DNA from: Polyangiaceae bacterium
GTDB lineage: Bacteria; Myxococcota_A; Polyangia; Polyangiales; Polyangiaceae
Direction of reading: 5' to 3'
DNA: 64,000 nucleotides
NCBI GenBank assembly: GCA_050287085.1
Contig: JBNKBE010000015.1
Coordinates: forward strand, 1 to 64,000
The notes beneath the pieces are model-generated. The model made no database searches and had not been told where the DNA came from. It saw nothing but the letters and a program-made list of their open reading frames with translations. The translations under genes and the position numbers were made by a program. Positions 49,004-59,514 of this stretch are shown here, in pieces. Every line of letters starts with the position of its first letter. Positions within the stretch are counted from its first letter, which is position 1.

Positions 49004-49430
49004 ATGGCTAACACGCCACTGGAGAAGCACTGTAACATTCTGATGCGGCTACTCGCGCCCGCGAGCTCCAGCGACACCTCCCGGGATCTAGCGGTGCGCA
49101 GGCAGCACATGAGGAACAGTCGCCGCTCATCCGCTGCAGCGGTTTGAGGTCCGGTGCGATCGACGTCGACGCCGGCCCGCAAAGCACGCCGCGCCGTGCG
49201 GGCCACCAAAGTGGGCAAGTCGAGCTCTGACTCAGGCTCACTTGTCGCGGCTCAAGGCGTAGCGCCTCATGCCCTTGCAGTCGCGAATCCCCCCTTCTCG
49301 GGCGGGATGTGCCCGCCGCGCCTTCTCAAGCTCTGCTGAAGGTGAACTCGTGTGGGCGAGTTCACCTGGGTCCCCCATGTGGATGACGCCGGCAAGCGTT
49401 GCTCTGATTGCTGGCAGTACCTGCCATGGG

Positions 49431-49684
49431 AAGCCTCCGCTGAGGAAGTCACGTTGGCGGACGTCATCCGGGCGCTCGACGGTCCCATCGCTCCCGTTCC
49501 GTGCCTGAGCACGACCGCGTATCGACGTTGCGAGGAGTGCAAGAGCGAGCGCACTTGCGGCGTGCGCTGGGTGCTTCGAGATCTGGATGACGCTACCCGC
49601 ACGGTGCTGGAGGGAACCACACTCGCGGATCTCGTCAAGCGCACGCACGACGCGGCGCCGGCCACCATCAACTACTCCATTTAG
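49431..49684 (+). pseudogene. 5'-truncated Rrf2 family regulator
   Basis: EEVTLADVIRALDGPIAPVPC...CEEC...C...LEGTTLADL is the C-terminal half of an Rrf2 protein. No wHTH or G-x-x-GGY is visible upstream. Confidence 0.8.
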
Positions 49685-49830
49685 CAGGCAGTTCACGCCT
49701 TTGCAGGATTGTCGCCGGCGTGGGCGATCAGCCTCCACTGCAAATGACCAGGGCTCCGACGAGCGCTCTGGACAGCGTTGGTGCGCCGATGCTAGATAGA
49801 CGACAATTTCTATCGGAATAGTATAGATAT

Positions 49831-51603
49831 ATGGCCTGGCAAGGTTGGCTTTCTCTTTCGTTGACCGTTGGCGCCTTGTTGGCACTCATTTTCACTCGAG
49901 TGGGGCCGCACGTCGTGATGATGACGGTGCTCACCGCGCTGAGTGCAAGCGGAGTGCTAACTGCAGCTGAAGCGCTGGGCGGATTCAGCAACGCCGGGCT
50001 CATCACGGTGGCGGCGATGTTCGTCGTTGCGGCGGGCATCCACCACTCCGGCGGTATCGACATTCTGGTCAACGGAGTCCTGGGGCGTCCGAAGACGGTT
50101 CGAGGGGCCATCGGTAGAATCGTGCTGCCCATCGCCTTTCTCAGCGGCTTCTTGAACAACACGCCCGTCGTGGCGACCATGATTCCGGCGCTTCATGCGT
50201 GGTCGCGTCGGATTGGTATTGCACCGTCCAAACTGATGCTGCCGCTCAGCTACTCCGCCATTCTCGGCGGCACCCTAACGCTCATCGGCACCAGCACCAA
50301 TCTGGTGGTGGACGGACAGTACCAGGCGCTCACCGGAAGTGCTCCACTGCCCTTGTTCTCGATCACGCCCATAGGGCTTCCGGTCGCGGTGATCGGCCTC
50401 GGGTTCATGTGGCTCGTCTTCCCACGCTTGCTACCGGATCGAAGCGCCAAGGAGACGTTCGCCAACCTTAGGGAGTTCACCCTCGACGTGACGGTTGCGC
50501 CCAGCGGGCCACTCGTCGGAAAGACCATCGTGGAGGCTGGGCTGCGACACCTGGGTCGGGTTTACCTCGCCGAGATCGTCCGGCAGGGCACGGTGTTGAC
50601 CGCGGTTTCCTCCCAGGAACGACTTGCCGCCGGGGACCGACTGGTGTTCGCGGGGGATACGGAGGCAATCTCCGATCTGCTGCGTATCAACGGCATCATT
50701 CCGTCGGTGGAGGGAGGTGAGTCGCCCATCGCCATCGACCGCGCAGATCGGCGCCTGGTGGAGGCCGTGGTTTCGCCCCACTGTGCAGCAGTGGGGTACG
50801 CCATCAGTGACGCGCGGTTTCGTGATCGCTACGGCGCGGTGGTGCTCGCCGTGGCCAGAAACGGCGAACGGTTGCCGGGCAACTTGGGAAGCATCGAGCT
50901 ACTAGCCGGCGACACGCTCTTGCTCGAAGCCCGCCCCGCATTCGTCAGTCGTCAGCGCTACAATCGCGACTTTTTGTTGGTCAACGAGCTGGACGCCGAA
51001 CCGCCTCGCCACGAGCGCGCGTACCTCGCTTGGGGCGTACTGCTTGCGGTCGTGCTCATCGCCGGGTTCGGGTGGATGAGTATGCTCGACGCGGCACTCA
51101 TTGGTGCAGGCCTGATGCTTGCCACCGGTTGCTGCACCGTCAGTCGAGCAGAAAAGAGTCTCGAGATTACGGTGCTCATCACCATCGGCGCCTCATTTGC
51201 CCTGGGTACGGCGCTGGAAAAGACCGGCACGGCGGCAATGCTGGCGCGTCAAATCGTCGAGACTAGTGCCGGAGTACCTTGGCTGATGCTTGTGATGACC
51301 ATCGCATGTGTGTCCATCATGACGGAGATCATCACCAACAACGCCGCCGCGCTCTTGATGCTGCCCATCACGCTTCAGATGACCAAGCAGGCGGGCTTAG
51401 CGCCAGAGCCGTTTGTGTTCGCGGTGATGATGGCAGCCTCGGCCAGCTTTGCGACGCCGCTTGGATATCAGACCAACCTGATGGTCTACGGCCCTGGTCG
51501 CTATAAATTCACGGATTTCTTGAGAGTCGGAATTCCGATGAACGTCCTGGTCGGCGTGATCACCTTTCTGGCAATCAGTCTTCATTGGCCGCTCAGACCC
51601 TGA
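49831..51603 (+). CDS. SLC13/DASS-family permease with two TrkA-C domains (sulfate-type)
   Basis: SGFLNNTPVV, LGGTLTLIGTSTNL, two TrkA-C repeats, ITNNAAA, FATPLGYQTNLMVYGPG. Confidence 0.93.
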   Translation: MAWQGWLSLSLTVGALLALIFTRVGPHVVMMTVLTALSASGVLTAAEALGGFSNAGLITVAAMFVVAAGIHHSGGIDILVNGVLGRPKTVRGAIGRIVLPIAFLSGFLNNTPVVATMIPALHAWSRRIGIAPSKLMLPLSYSAILGGTLTLIGTSTNLVVDGQYQALTGSAPLPLFSITPIGLPVAVIGLGFMWLVFPRLLPDRSAKETFANLREFTLDVTVAPSGPLVGKTIVEAGLRHLGRVYLAEIVRQGTVLTAVSSQERLAAGDRLVFAGDTEAISDLLRINGIIPSVEGGESPIAIDRADRRLVEAVVSPHCAAVGYAISDARFRDRYGAVVLAVARNGERLPGNLGSIELLAGDTLLLEARPAFVSRQRYNRDFLLVNELDAEPPRHERAYLAWGVLLAVVLIAGFGWMSMLDAALIGAGLMLATGCCTVSRAEKSLEITVLITIGASFALGTALEKTGTAAMLARQIVETSAGVPWLMLVMTIACVSIMTEIITNNAAALLMLPITLQMTKQAGLAPEPFVFAVMMAASASFATPLGYQTNLMVYGPGRYKFTDFLRVGIPMNVLVGVITFLAISLHWPLRP

Positions 51604-51994
51604 ACCCGAGCGCGGCTCAGCGCGGCTCGGCTTCGCGCGCCTACCCCTGCTCCGGCGCTCCTGCCCAAAGGGGCGGGTGACGTGGCTCGGTGTCGCTGCG
51701 CCGCACGCTTCGGAGAGTGTTGCCGGCGCCGCGGGTGGAGGGAGCGGGCAAGGCCCGGCATCGCCAGCGGGAGCGTGTGCGACAAGGGCCCCTTGCCCCC
51801 GCCGCCGTCGCTCTGCCCGCCGCTTTCGCCGTGAGAGCCCGAGCTTACCTGCCATAGCCGCTGCGCCCGGTGGCCGCTGCGGTACGGCGCCACGCAGAAG
51901 GGGCGGTCCGCTCAGGCCGACAACACGAGACCGCGCCGAAACCCAGCAGCAGTCAGCCCTCGACACCTAGGGTGGTAGTGATATCGTGCAAGGG

Positions 51995-52363
51995 ATGGTG
52001 TGTCAGCTCATCTACCGGAGCCGCGTCGCTCGACGTGTGCGCTTGGCAGACGCCGAGGCTATTGCCACCGAGGCGGCGGCAAAGAATGCCAAACTATCCA
52101 TCTCCGGACTGCTCTTGTACACCCCAGCGTATTTCGTGCAGGTCTTGGAAGGCGAGCGGGGAGCGGTTGAATCGACGTTTGAGCGTATCGCAAAGGACAG
52201 CCGCCACGAAGAGGTCGTAGTCCTGGCCAAGACTGAAGTCCAAACGCGACAGTTTGGCGCTTGGGCGATGCGAGCGGTGACACCTCGCCGGGAGGTAAGC
52301 GCGGCGGTCCTGGGGCAACTCAGCGGCGACGCGGCGCGCGAGTTACTTCAGAGCTCGTGCTAA
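51995..52363 (+). CDS. stand-alone BLUF blue-light sensor protein
   Basis: LIYRS, N...ISGLLLY, FVQVLEG, IAKDSRH, RQFGAWAM (conserved Tyr, Gln, Trp, Met). Confidence 0.93.
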   Translation: MVCQLIYRSRVARRVRLADAEAIATEAAAKNAKLSISGLLLYTPAYFVQVLEGERGAVESTFERIAKDSRHEEVVVLAKTEVQTRQFGAWAMRAVTPRREVSAAVLGQLSGDAARELLQSSC

Positions 52364-52539
52364 CAGAGGTAGCCCAGAGCCGAAAGCGATCAGACTGGCA
52401 AGGTCCGGTGGGGTAGGTCCGGTGGGGTAGTTCCGGACCGACGATCAATCAGGGTTGCGTCGCACCAGGAGCGCGGCAAGGGCCACAACCCCGAGTCTGC
52501 TTGCGCCTCTCCCCCATCGGCGCTACGCCTTCCATCGCC

Positions 52540-52563
52540 ATGTGGTTGTACACCTTCGTTTGA
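52540..52563 (+). promoter_or_regulatory. candidate leader peptide MWLYTFV upstream of hflX
   Basis: ATG TGG TTG TAC ACC TTC GTT TGA, just downstream of TTGCGC-N17-TACGCC (52501-52529). Confidence 0.5.
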
Positions 52564-52730
52564 TCGTCGTCCTTCGAGTGCACTCGCTCTCGACGTGACC
52601 CGCAGTGAGTCCAGCGTTCACTATCTGTGGTGATTTCGCGCTGTTGACATGCGCTGCGTGCGACCGACCAACGTTATCCGTCCGGCGCGAGGCCCCTCAG
52701 CCCGCGAACGGCGCGAAGAAGGGCTACTCC

Positions 52731-53560
52731 ATGAGATTTCATTCGAAACCGATCGACGAGCACGCCGAGGTGCCCCTCGCTGACGAGGGCCAACTCGAAG
52801 CATTGACCACGTTCTGGGACGCAAGGCGACAGCGTTCCCAAACCCACTCTGAAGACAGCAACGCCTGCTACGTGTTGTCGGTCCTCCGAGACTGGAGGGG
52901 CGTTGCCGAGGCACAGATGGCCGAGATCACGGGTCTCGTGCAGGCCCAAGGAGACCGCATCGTCGGGTCGGAGAGCAGACGCCTCGACGACCCCGATCCC
53001 CGCACCTTGGTCGGGCGCGGCGTCGCTTCGCAGGCCGCGGATCCGAGGCATCGGCCTCGACATGGATCGGCAAGCGGGCGGGGTGATGGGCAGCCGCGGC
53101 GCCGGGGAAACGGCGTCCGAGCTGCTCGCCCGGCGTCTGGACGGGCGCCTCGCCGAGCTGAGGCGTCGGCTCGAACACCTCGAGACCTCCGACCGCGCCC
53201 GACGCAAACGACGCTCGGGCTGCGCCAGGGTGGCGCTGGTCGGCTACACCAACGCGGGCAAGACCTCGCTGATGAACGCGCTCACCGAGGCGGAACTCTC
53301 GGTGCGGGACCGACCATTCGAGACCCTCGACACCACCTCGCGCAGCCTCAGTCGCTACGGCGGCGACGTGTTGCTGAGCGACACGGTCGGGTTCATCCGC
53401 GACCTGCCCCAGCGGCTCTACGCCAGCTTCGAGACCACTCTTGCCGAGGTTGCAGAGTCCACTCTGCTGGTGGTGGTGCTCGATGTATCAAACCCCGAAC
53501 ACGAGGCGCACTTGGCCTCCACCGACGAAGTGCTCGAACGCTTGGGAGCCCGAGGCACGC
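52731..53560 (+). pseudogene. hflX: HflX-family GTPase, internally deleted/frameshifted and 3'-truncated
   Basis: N-terminal HflX region (EITGLV...PDPRTLVGRG) in one frame. GAGETASE, GYTNAGKTSLMN, FETLDT and DTVGFI in another frame. No NKxD (G4). Confidence 0.85.
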
Positions 53561-54072
53561 CGAGCTCGGGTCGCGTGCACACCCGCCACGAACGGATCGC
53601 CTACGTGGCGCAGAACGCAACCAACTGGTGCCTCGCCGAGACGCTGCTCGAGCGCCTCGGCGAGCCCCTGGACAACGCGGCCGCCCTGCTGCGGGCGCAC
53701 CGCTTCCCTTTCGCCCTCGCCGACCGACCGCTGCGGGAGCTAAGCCCCGGCGAGCGCCTTCGAGCCGCGCTGCTGTGTGCGTTCTCCGAGGGCCCCGAGC
53801 TACTCGTACTCGACGAGCCCACCGATCACCTCGACTTCGGGGGGCGCGCCGCCCTCGAGCGCATCCTTCGGGAGTGGCAAGGCGGCCTGGTAGTGGTGAG
53901 CCACGACGCGGAGTTCCTAGCGGCGATCAGGGTACAGGCCAGGCTGGAGCTGGTAGGACGAGTCACGAAGGACACTTCGTATATTATGCCAGACTGGCCC
54001 GCGGGTGGTAGCACGCCCCTGGACTGTTCCGCGCGATGCCTCGCACGGAACCCAGCCACGGAGATACGATGA
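53560..54072 (+). pseudogene. C-terminal half-domain of an ABC-F ATPase fused in frame to the hflX remnant
   Basis: IAYVAQ, LSPGERLRAAL, LLVLDEPTDHLD, LVVVSHD. Walker A is absent. Confidence 0.85.
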
Positions 54073-54719
54073 ACGAAACAATACTCAACGCCAAGGCCCG
54101 ACTCACCCTGCGACGCTCCCTACTGCTCGCCGCGCTAGGGGCGTCGGCATCCGGCTGCATGGGCAGCTTCGCGCTCTCGCGCAGTCTCTATGACTGGAAC
54201 GGCAAGCTTGGCAGCAAGTGGGTCAACGGAGCCGTCTTCATCGCGCTCCTCTTTGTCGCCGTCTACCCCCTGGTGATGTTCATCGACGCGTTCATTCTGA
54301 ACGCCCTCGAATTCTGGTTCGACAAGAAGCTCATCACGGCCAATGGCGTCGACCACAACGGCAATCGGGTCGCGTCGAAACGGATCGAGGACAACCTGGT
54401 GCGTCACGAGATTTCCAAGGACGGCGAGCTCCTCCAGGCCTTTCATTCGCGCCTGAATGAAGACGGCAGTCTGGAGCTGTTGGACGATCAGCTAGCGCTC
54501 ATCGCCTCCGTTCATCACGATGGCGATGGCGCGGTGGCACGTGACGCCTCCGGACGTTTGGTTGCACGCCTAGCACCGGAGCAGGTCGCCCACGTGCGCG
54601 ATGCAATGCGCAGCGGAAGCGGCCCAAGCGAAGGTGTCCTCGCCATGAACGAGGTCGTGCATCACAACGCCGAAATGGGCGAATGGGCGCGAGCTGGACA
54701 ACCGAGCTCGAGCTTCTAG
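54069..54719 (+). CDS. DUF3332 family lipoprotein
   Basis: SGCMGSFALSRSLYDWN...KWVN...D..ILNALEFW. Confidence 0.85.
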   Translation: MNETILNAKARLTLRRSLLLAALGASASGCMGSFALSRSLYDWNGKLGSKWVNGAVFIALLFVAVYPLVMFIDAFILNALEFWFDKKLITANGVDHNGNRVASKRIEDNLVRHEISKDGELLQAFHSRLNEDGSLELLDDQLALIASVHHDGDGAVARDASGRLVARLAPEQVAHVRDAMRSGSGPSEGVLAMNEVVHHNAEMGEWARAGQPSSSF

Positions 54720-55077
54720 GGCTCGAGCTTCTAGGGACTGAAAGCGGGTTCGCTCGGCCAAGATCGCCTCGCGAAATGGGTCGAGCTACCGCGGGTCGCC
54801 CTTGCTCGGCCCCGACGCATGGCTCCGCATGGCACCACGCCGCCCGCCTTGCACCCCGAGCAGGAGCGACGACAGGTTACGACGTCTCGCGGCCTGGGGG
54901 CGCTGAAACGCTCACGCACGCACGCAGCGAGCCTGCCTCGGATTCAAGTCTCATTTCAGCAGCGTCGGATCACGAGCTGGCGCCCCCATTGTGCTGGACC
55001 CCACGTCGGTGAGGCGATAGACCGCAAAGGCTTCGGCGTAGAGGCCGCCGAAACTGACTGGAGGGACCTCGGAACCA

Positions 55078-56565
55078 ATGCGACCACTGAGCTCTATCGC
55101 ATGCCGCGGGCTGCGCGGCTATGGCACCACAGGCCTATATTGTTGGGGACTCTTGTCTCTAGGCGCTTGCGGAAACACGGAATCCGGTAGCCCATCGCCG
55201 GGGCTGGAACCCGCAGCGGGCAGCGGTGCCCTCGCGGGCGGCGGCAGCACAGCGGAGCCCAACACGGCTGACGCCGCAGGCGCAGCGACGGATTCAACCT
55301 CGCCGAACCAACCGCCTCCCGGCGACGATACCATCACGCCGCCGGCGTCCACCGGTGAACCCGGCAACGGGGGCGCCGGGGGTACTCCGCCGGGGGAAAG
55401 TGGAACCGGCGCGGGTGGGGGCGCGGGCGGCGCTGGTGACATGAGCCCAACCGAAACGTCGGGGGGAGCGCCAGCGGCCGGGGCCGGCGGCACTAACGAA
55501 GCTGGCAGCGGCGGACAACCCGAGGAACAAGCCGGCGGCGGCTCGGGCGGTCAAGGCGAAGCGGAGCCCGAACGACAACCGCCGTACTGCGACACGGAGC
55601 CGGCCACGTTGGCGGAAGCCGGTGAGTGCACCGGGCGATTGATCGGCAACGCGATGCGGGCCGACCAGGTCAACGACGCTAGCATCACGACGGCAATGCG
55701 TGACTTCAACTACCTGACGCCGGAAAACGAGATGAAGTTCGACGCCATCGAGCCCTCGCCAGGCAGCTTCAACTTCGGCCCTGCCGATAGGCTGGTGGAC
55801 TTCGCCAAGCAAAACGGCATGAAGGTCAAGGGCCACACCCTAGTCTGGCGCTACCAGAACCCCAGTTGGCTCACCAACCTCACGAACGCAAGCGACGTCC
55901 GGGCCGCGATGATCCGTCACATCGAAGGCGTCATGGGTCACTACAAAGGCAACGACACCGTGATCGCCTGGGATGTCGTCAACGAGGCTATCAACAACGA
56001 AGGCAACGGCTACTGGGACTCACCTTTCGTGAAGATCGGTGACAGCTACGTCGACGAAGCCTTCATCGCGGCCCGTGAGGTCGACCCCAACGTCAAGCTC
56101 TACTACAACGACTACCGCGCGGACGGCATGAACGCTAAGTCCGATGCCATCTACGAGATGGTGCGAAGCATGGTCGAGCGGGGCATCCCCATCGACGGCG
56201 TAGGCCTGCAGCTACACACGGGCACCCCCAATGTCCAGTTCCCCTTGGACGAGATCCAGGCCAACATGCAGCGTATTGCCGATCTGGGCCTCGAAGTCGT
56301 CATCAGCGAGATGGATCAGCACGTCTGCGACGGCATCACACCGGAGCAGCAAGCGGAGTACCACCACGACGTCGTGGCTTTCTGCGTCGCCCTTCCGGAA
56401 TGCACAGCCATCACCTTCTGGGGCTTCGACCGCGACTCTTGGCTCAACACCTGGAACGAAACGAACTGCGCAGCTGGGCAGGACCCGAGTGGCACGCTTT
56501 GGAACAAGAGCTGGATGAAGAAGCCGGCCTACTACGGCGTGATGGACGCGCTGAACGGGCTATGA
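55078..56565 (+). CDS. endo-1,4-beta-xylanase, GH10, lipoprotein
   Basis: LGAC lipobox, TPENEMK, GHTLVW, WDVVNEA, YYNDY, IDGVGLQLH, ISEMD, ITFWG. Confidence 0.95.
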   Translation: MRPLSSIACRGLRGYGTTGLYCWGLLSLGACGNTESGSPSPGLEPAAGSGALAGGGSTAEPNTADAAGAATDSTSPNQPPPGDDTITPPASTGEPGNGGAGGTPPGESGTGAGGGAGGAGDMSPTETSGGAPAAGAGGTNEAGSGGQPEEQAGGGSGGQGEAEPERQPPYCDTEPATLAEAGECTGRLIGNAMRADQVNDASITTAMRDFNYLTPENEMKFDAIEPSPGSFNFGPADRLVDFAKQNGMKVKGHTLVWRYQNPSWLTNLTNASDVRAAMIRHIEGVMGHYKGNDTVIAWDVVNEAINNEGNGYWDSPFVKIGDSYVDEAFIAAREVDPNVKLYYNDYRADGMNAKSDAIYEMVRSMVERGIPIDGVGLQLHTGTPNVQFPLDEIQANMQRIADLGLEVVISEMDQHVCDGITPEQQAEYHHDVVAFCVALPECTAITFWGFDRDSWLNTWNETNCAAGQDPSGTLWNKSWMKKPAYYGVMDALNGL

Positions 56566-56766
56566 GCTTCAGTCCGCAAGTGCCATCAGACTGGGACGAA
56601 CCAACCGGGACGACGGCAAACAGCGGCCGCTCTGCTCACCGCGGCTAACTCGTGCGGCGGGCATCGCGTAGCCACTGAAGCGGCTACGGAATTGGCCTGA
56701 ATACGGACCAACGCGAGGGCAGGAAACTGCCCTCGCGTTGTACGCTCAGCGCCCGACTCAGGAAGT

Positions 56767-58038
56767 CTACAGTGCGTTGAAGAACTGCCAGACCTCTTGC
56801 GGCTGCCAACGTTGGCCTCCCTCGCGGGGGGGATCAGGCGTGTGTGGACCCACGAACGAGCAGAACTCAACCGGATAGTCCTCGTCGCAGCCCATGAAAT
56901 TGGTACACACGTGGTCTCCATTGGCGCGGGCCGGCGTCATCATGGTGCAGCCGTTCAGGTTGGCGTAGGTCGTAGCCATCGTGACACCACCGTCGTATCC
57001 GAGCACCCCGTCCTGGGTGCCGTGGGATGCATAGAAAGCCACCGCCTTGCTCGGATTACACCCCCCGGCACTCAGCTGCGCTGCGCCGTTGTAGACGGCA
57101 ACGGCGCGCACTCCCCAATCGGCTTCCGCGCCGTCCAACGGGCGCGAGCAAGCTGTGCGGTAGGACATACTGCCGCCATAGCTCCAGCCGTTTGCGAAGA
57201 TCCTTCTCTTGTCGATGCAGAAGTTCTCTTCAATCTCGGCCACCACGGCATCCGCGAGCGCCACGTTTGACCCACCCGAATCAGGCCACCCGCACCCACC
57301 TTCAGCGATGCCGGTTCCGGTGCAGGGCGCGCCGCCCTTCTCACCGTTGGGAGCGACGAAAATGGTGCTGCTCGCCGCCTCGGGTATGTCTTTCAGCCAG
57401 TAGAAGTTCTGACTGTACATCTGCTTGTCGTTTCCGTCGAGCTGATGCCACGCGATGACCAAGTTGTACGGCTTGGTATTGTCGTAGTCCTCCGGCACGC
57501 TCAAGATGTAGCGACGGTCTCTGCCCGCGGCCGAAATCGGTATTGGGTTACCGTTGTTGTACATGTTGCTCGCAATGCCCGGCTCCTTGCCGCAGCCAGC
57601 GGACAGGTTCGCCGACATATCAGCTCCTCCGGCGCCGCCCTCACCCGCGCCAGCACCGCCCGCGTTTGCGCCGCCTTCGCCCCCGACGCCGCCGGTGCTC
57701 GCGCCCGCATCTCCGCCGACCGCACTCATCCCGGCTGCGCCGGCCACGTCGGGTCCAGAGAGGTCGCCTCCTGCACCGCCCGCGGGGCTGCCGCCGGCAC
57801 CCGCGGTATTAGGCGGGGTACCGCCCGTTGCGCCCCCGGGGCTACCTGGGGCGCCCGCGGGGCCACCCGCCGCGCCACCGGAACCACCGAGGCTCGGGGC
57901 AACGCCGCCGCTACCACCGGAGGTGGCAGTGTTCGCTCCTTCGCCGGGATCGCTGTCTCCCGAGCATCCAGCGAGAGTGACGGGTGCTGCGATGGACGAG
58001 CAGAGGGCAAGAAGAAAGATGGATCTGTCGCGAGTCAT
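56767..58038 (-). CDS. alpha/beta-hydrolase lipoprotein (CE1 feruloyl esterase / PHB depolymerase-like)
   Basis: LAGC lipobox, SAGCGK, CIDKRRIFANGWSYGG, SHGTQD, GPH, VWQFF. Confidence 0.85.
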   Translation of the reverse strand: MTRDRSIFLLALCSSIAAPVTLAGCSGDSDPGEGANTATSGGSGGVAPSLGGSGGAAGGPAGAPGSPGGATGGTPPNTAGAGGSPAGGAGGDLSGPDVAGAAGMSAVGGDAGASTGGVGGEGGANAGGAGAGEGGAGGADMSANLSAGCGKEPGIASNMYNNGNPIPISAAGRDRRYILSVPEDYDNTKPYNLVIAWHQLDGNDKQMYSQNFYWLKDIPEAASSTIFVAPNGEKGGAPCTGTGIAEGGCGWPDSGGSNVALADAVVAEIEENFCIDKRRIFANGWSYGGSMSYRTACSRPLDGAEADWGVRAVAVYNGAAQLSAGGCNPSKAVAFYASHGTQDGVLGYDGGVTMATTYANLNGCTMMTPARANGDHVCTNFMGCDEDYPVEFCSFVGPHTPDPPREGGQRWQPQEVWQFFNAL

Positions 58039-58301
58039 GAGAATGAGCCTTTTTGAAAGAACAGAGTGACAGAGAAGCCCCGCCGCCTCCCGAACGCAAC
58101 CAAAACTGCAAGCTACGGACCCCAGGCCAACAGCCTCGATGAAGAATTCCTCCCTCCGTATGCCAGGTGCGTCTCAGACGACCGCCGAGACGCCGATCGC
58201 GGCGTTGGCATCCCACTTGCGGCCGGCGCAGCGGTGTAACGGACAAGCGGCGCCGTCGTGACGGGTCGGCGTAGCCGGCAAGTCACGACAGCACCGCCGA
58301 G

Positions 58302-58900
58302 TCACAGGCCCGTGCAGCTGGGCATGACAAAGGGCTGCGGCGATGGGAAGTTGCCGCCCACCGTGAACGTCAGCGAAGCGCCCGAAGCCAAAGCAGGCCG
58401 ATACCACTGCTGGGTCAAGGTCACGCTGTTGCCGTCGTACGTCGGCGACACCGAAGCATGTCGCGCAGATCTCCGTCGAAGTTCTGCTCGGTCAGAACAT
58501 GGTTTTCCCAGACGTCGAACTTCAACTGGCCCGACAGATTGAAGAAGGCGGCATAGCTGATGGTCTTGCCCTCGTGTGGGAATTGCCCGCCCACAGTCTG
58601 GACCGCGGGCAGTCCGCCGTAGGACGTGCCCCCTCCCCGGTAGTGCTGCAGATAGCTCACAAAGGCTTCAGCCGAACTCGAGAGAGCGGTGTAGTTCTCA
58701 AAGTACACCCAGAGATCACGCGGCTCGTAGAAGTGCGCATACCATGGTTCGCGCAGTGTTCCGTCCGAATACTTCGCTCGGTTTTCGAGGCGCTGACCCG
58801 CAATGAAGATGTCGGCAAAGTCGGTCGCCGCCAGAAGGTCGTTCTGGATGTACTGCTGGAGATCGCCCGTCATGAGTTCGACGACATAACGGAGCATCAT
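58302..58900 (-). pseudogene. fragment of a secreted enzyme joined out of frame to a CBM2-like C-terminus
   Basis: ORF 58900-58421 has typical coding bias but no signal peptide. A second frame near 58460-58302 reads SVSPTYDGNSVTLTQQWYRPALASGASLTFTVGGNFPSPQPFVMPSCTGL*. Confidence 0.5.
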
Positions 58901-59514
58901 GTACCCAGCGCTCGAATACGGATCGGGCTTAGACGGACTCCCTGGAGTCCATAGGAGTCTGGGTTTCTAGGCAGACTTTTTGGCTTCCGGTCCCCGCCAA
59001 AAGTGCACGGGCCACATCCTATACGCTCCCACAAACGAAGGTTTTCAATTTTCTCCCTACTTCCGGGTGAGCCGATCTCCAGCTGCGATCCGCTGAGTCC
59101 CGCTGCTCTGCCACGAGCAGGGCTCCCGATGCGCTGAGCAATCAGAGCATCGAGGCGGCATCTTCCCGTGGTGCGCAGGCAGCACTTGGTCTGTCGGGAT
59201 GAGCCCGCCCCAGAGCCCGCGGGCATCGCAAGAGGTGCTTGCGTCGGGCACGATCCAGGCGTCGTCGATGCAAGTGAGGACGCCCGAGGGTGTGCCCCTG
59301 GGGTTTCAGTCATTCGTCTGACTGCGAGGTCCCGTCATCGGGCTGTCAAGCGAAATCCAGGGCGCTAAGAGTCCCGTTCCTCAGCCGTACCCTGCGCCTG
59401 TTCCTGGCTCGCCGCTCAACGTCGGTGCCGCGTGACAACGTCGGCGCGCGGCGCTGCGGCCTCGTCGGTCGCAACCGCAGCGCCTCAAACCAAAGCTCTT
59501 CGAGAAGCGACCGC

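Noticed and set aside
52605..54011. 468-aa ORF as a real protein
   Set aside because: Only about the first 100 aa after ATG 52731 are HflX-like. The remainder is Arg/Pro-rich off-frame read-through.
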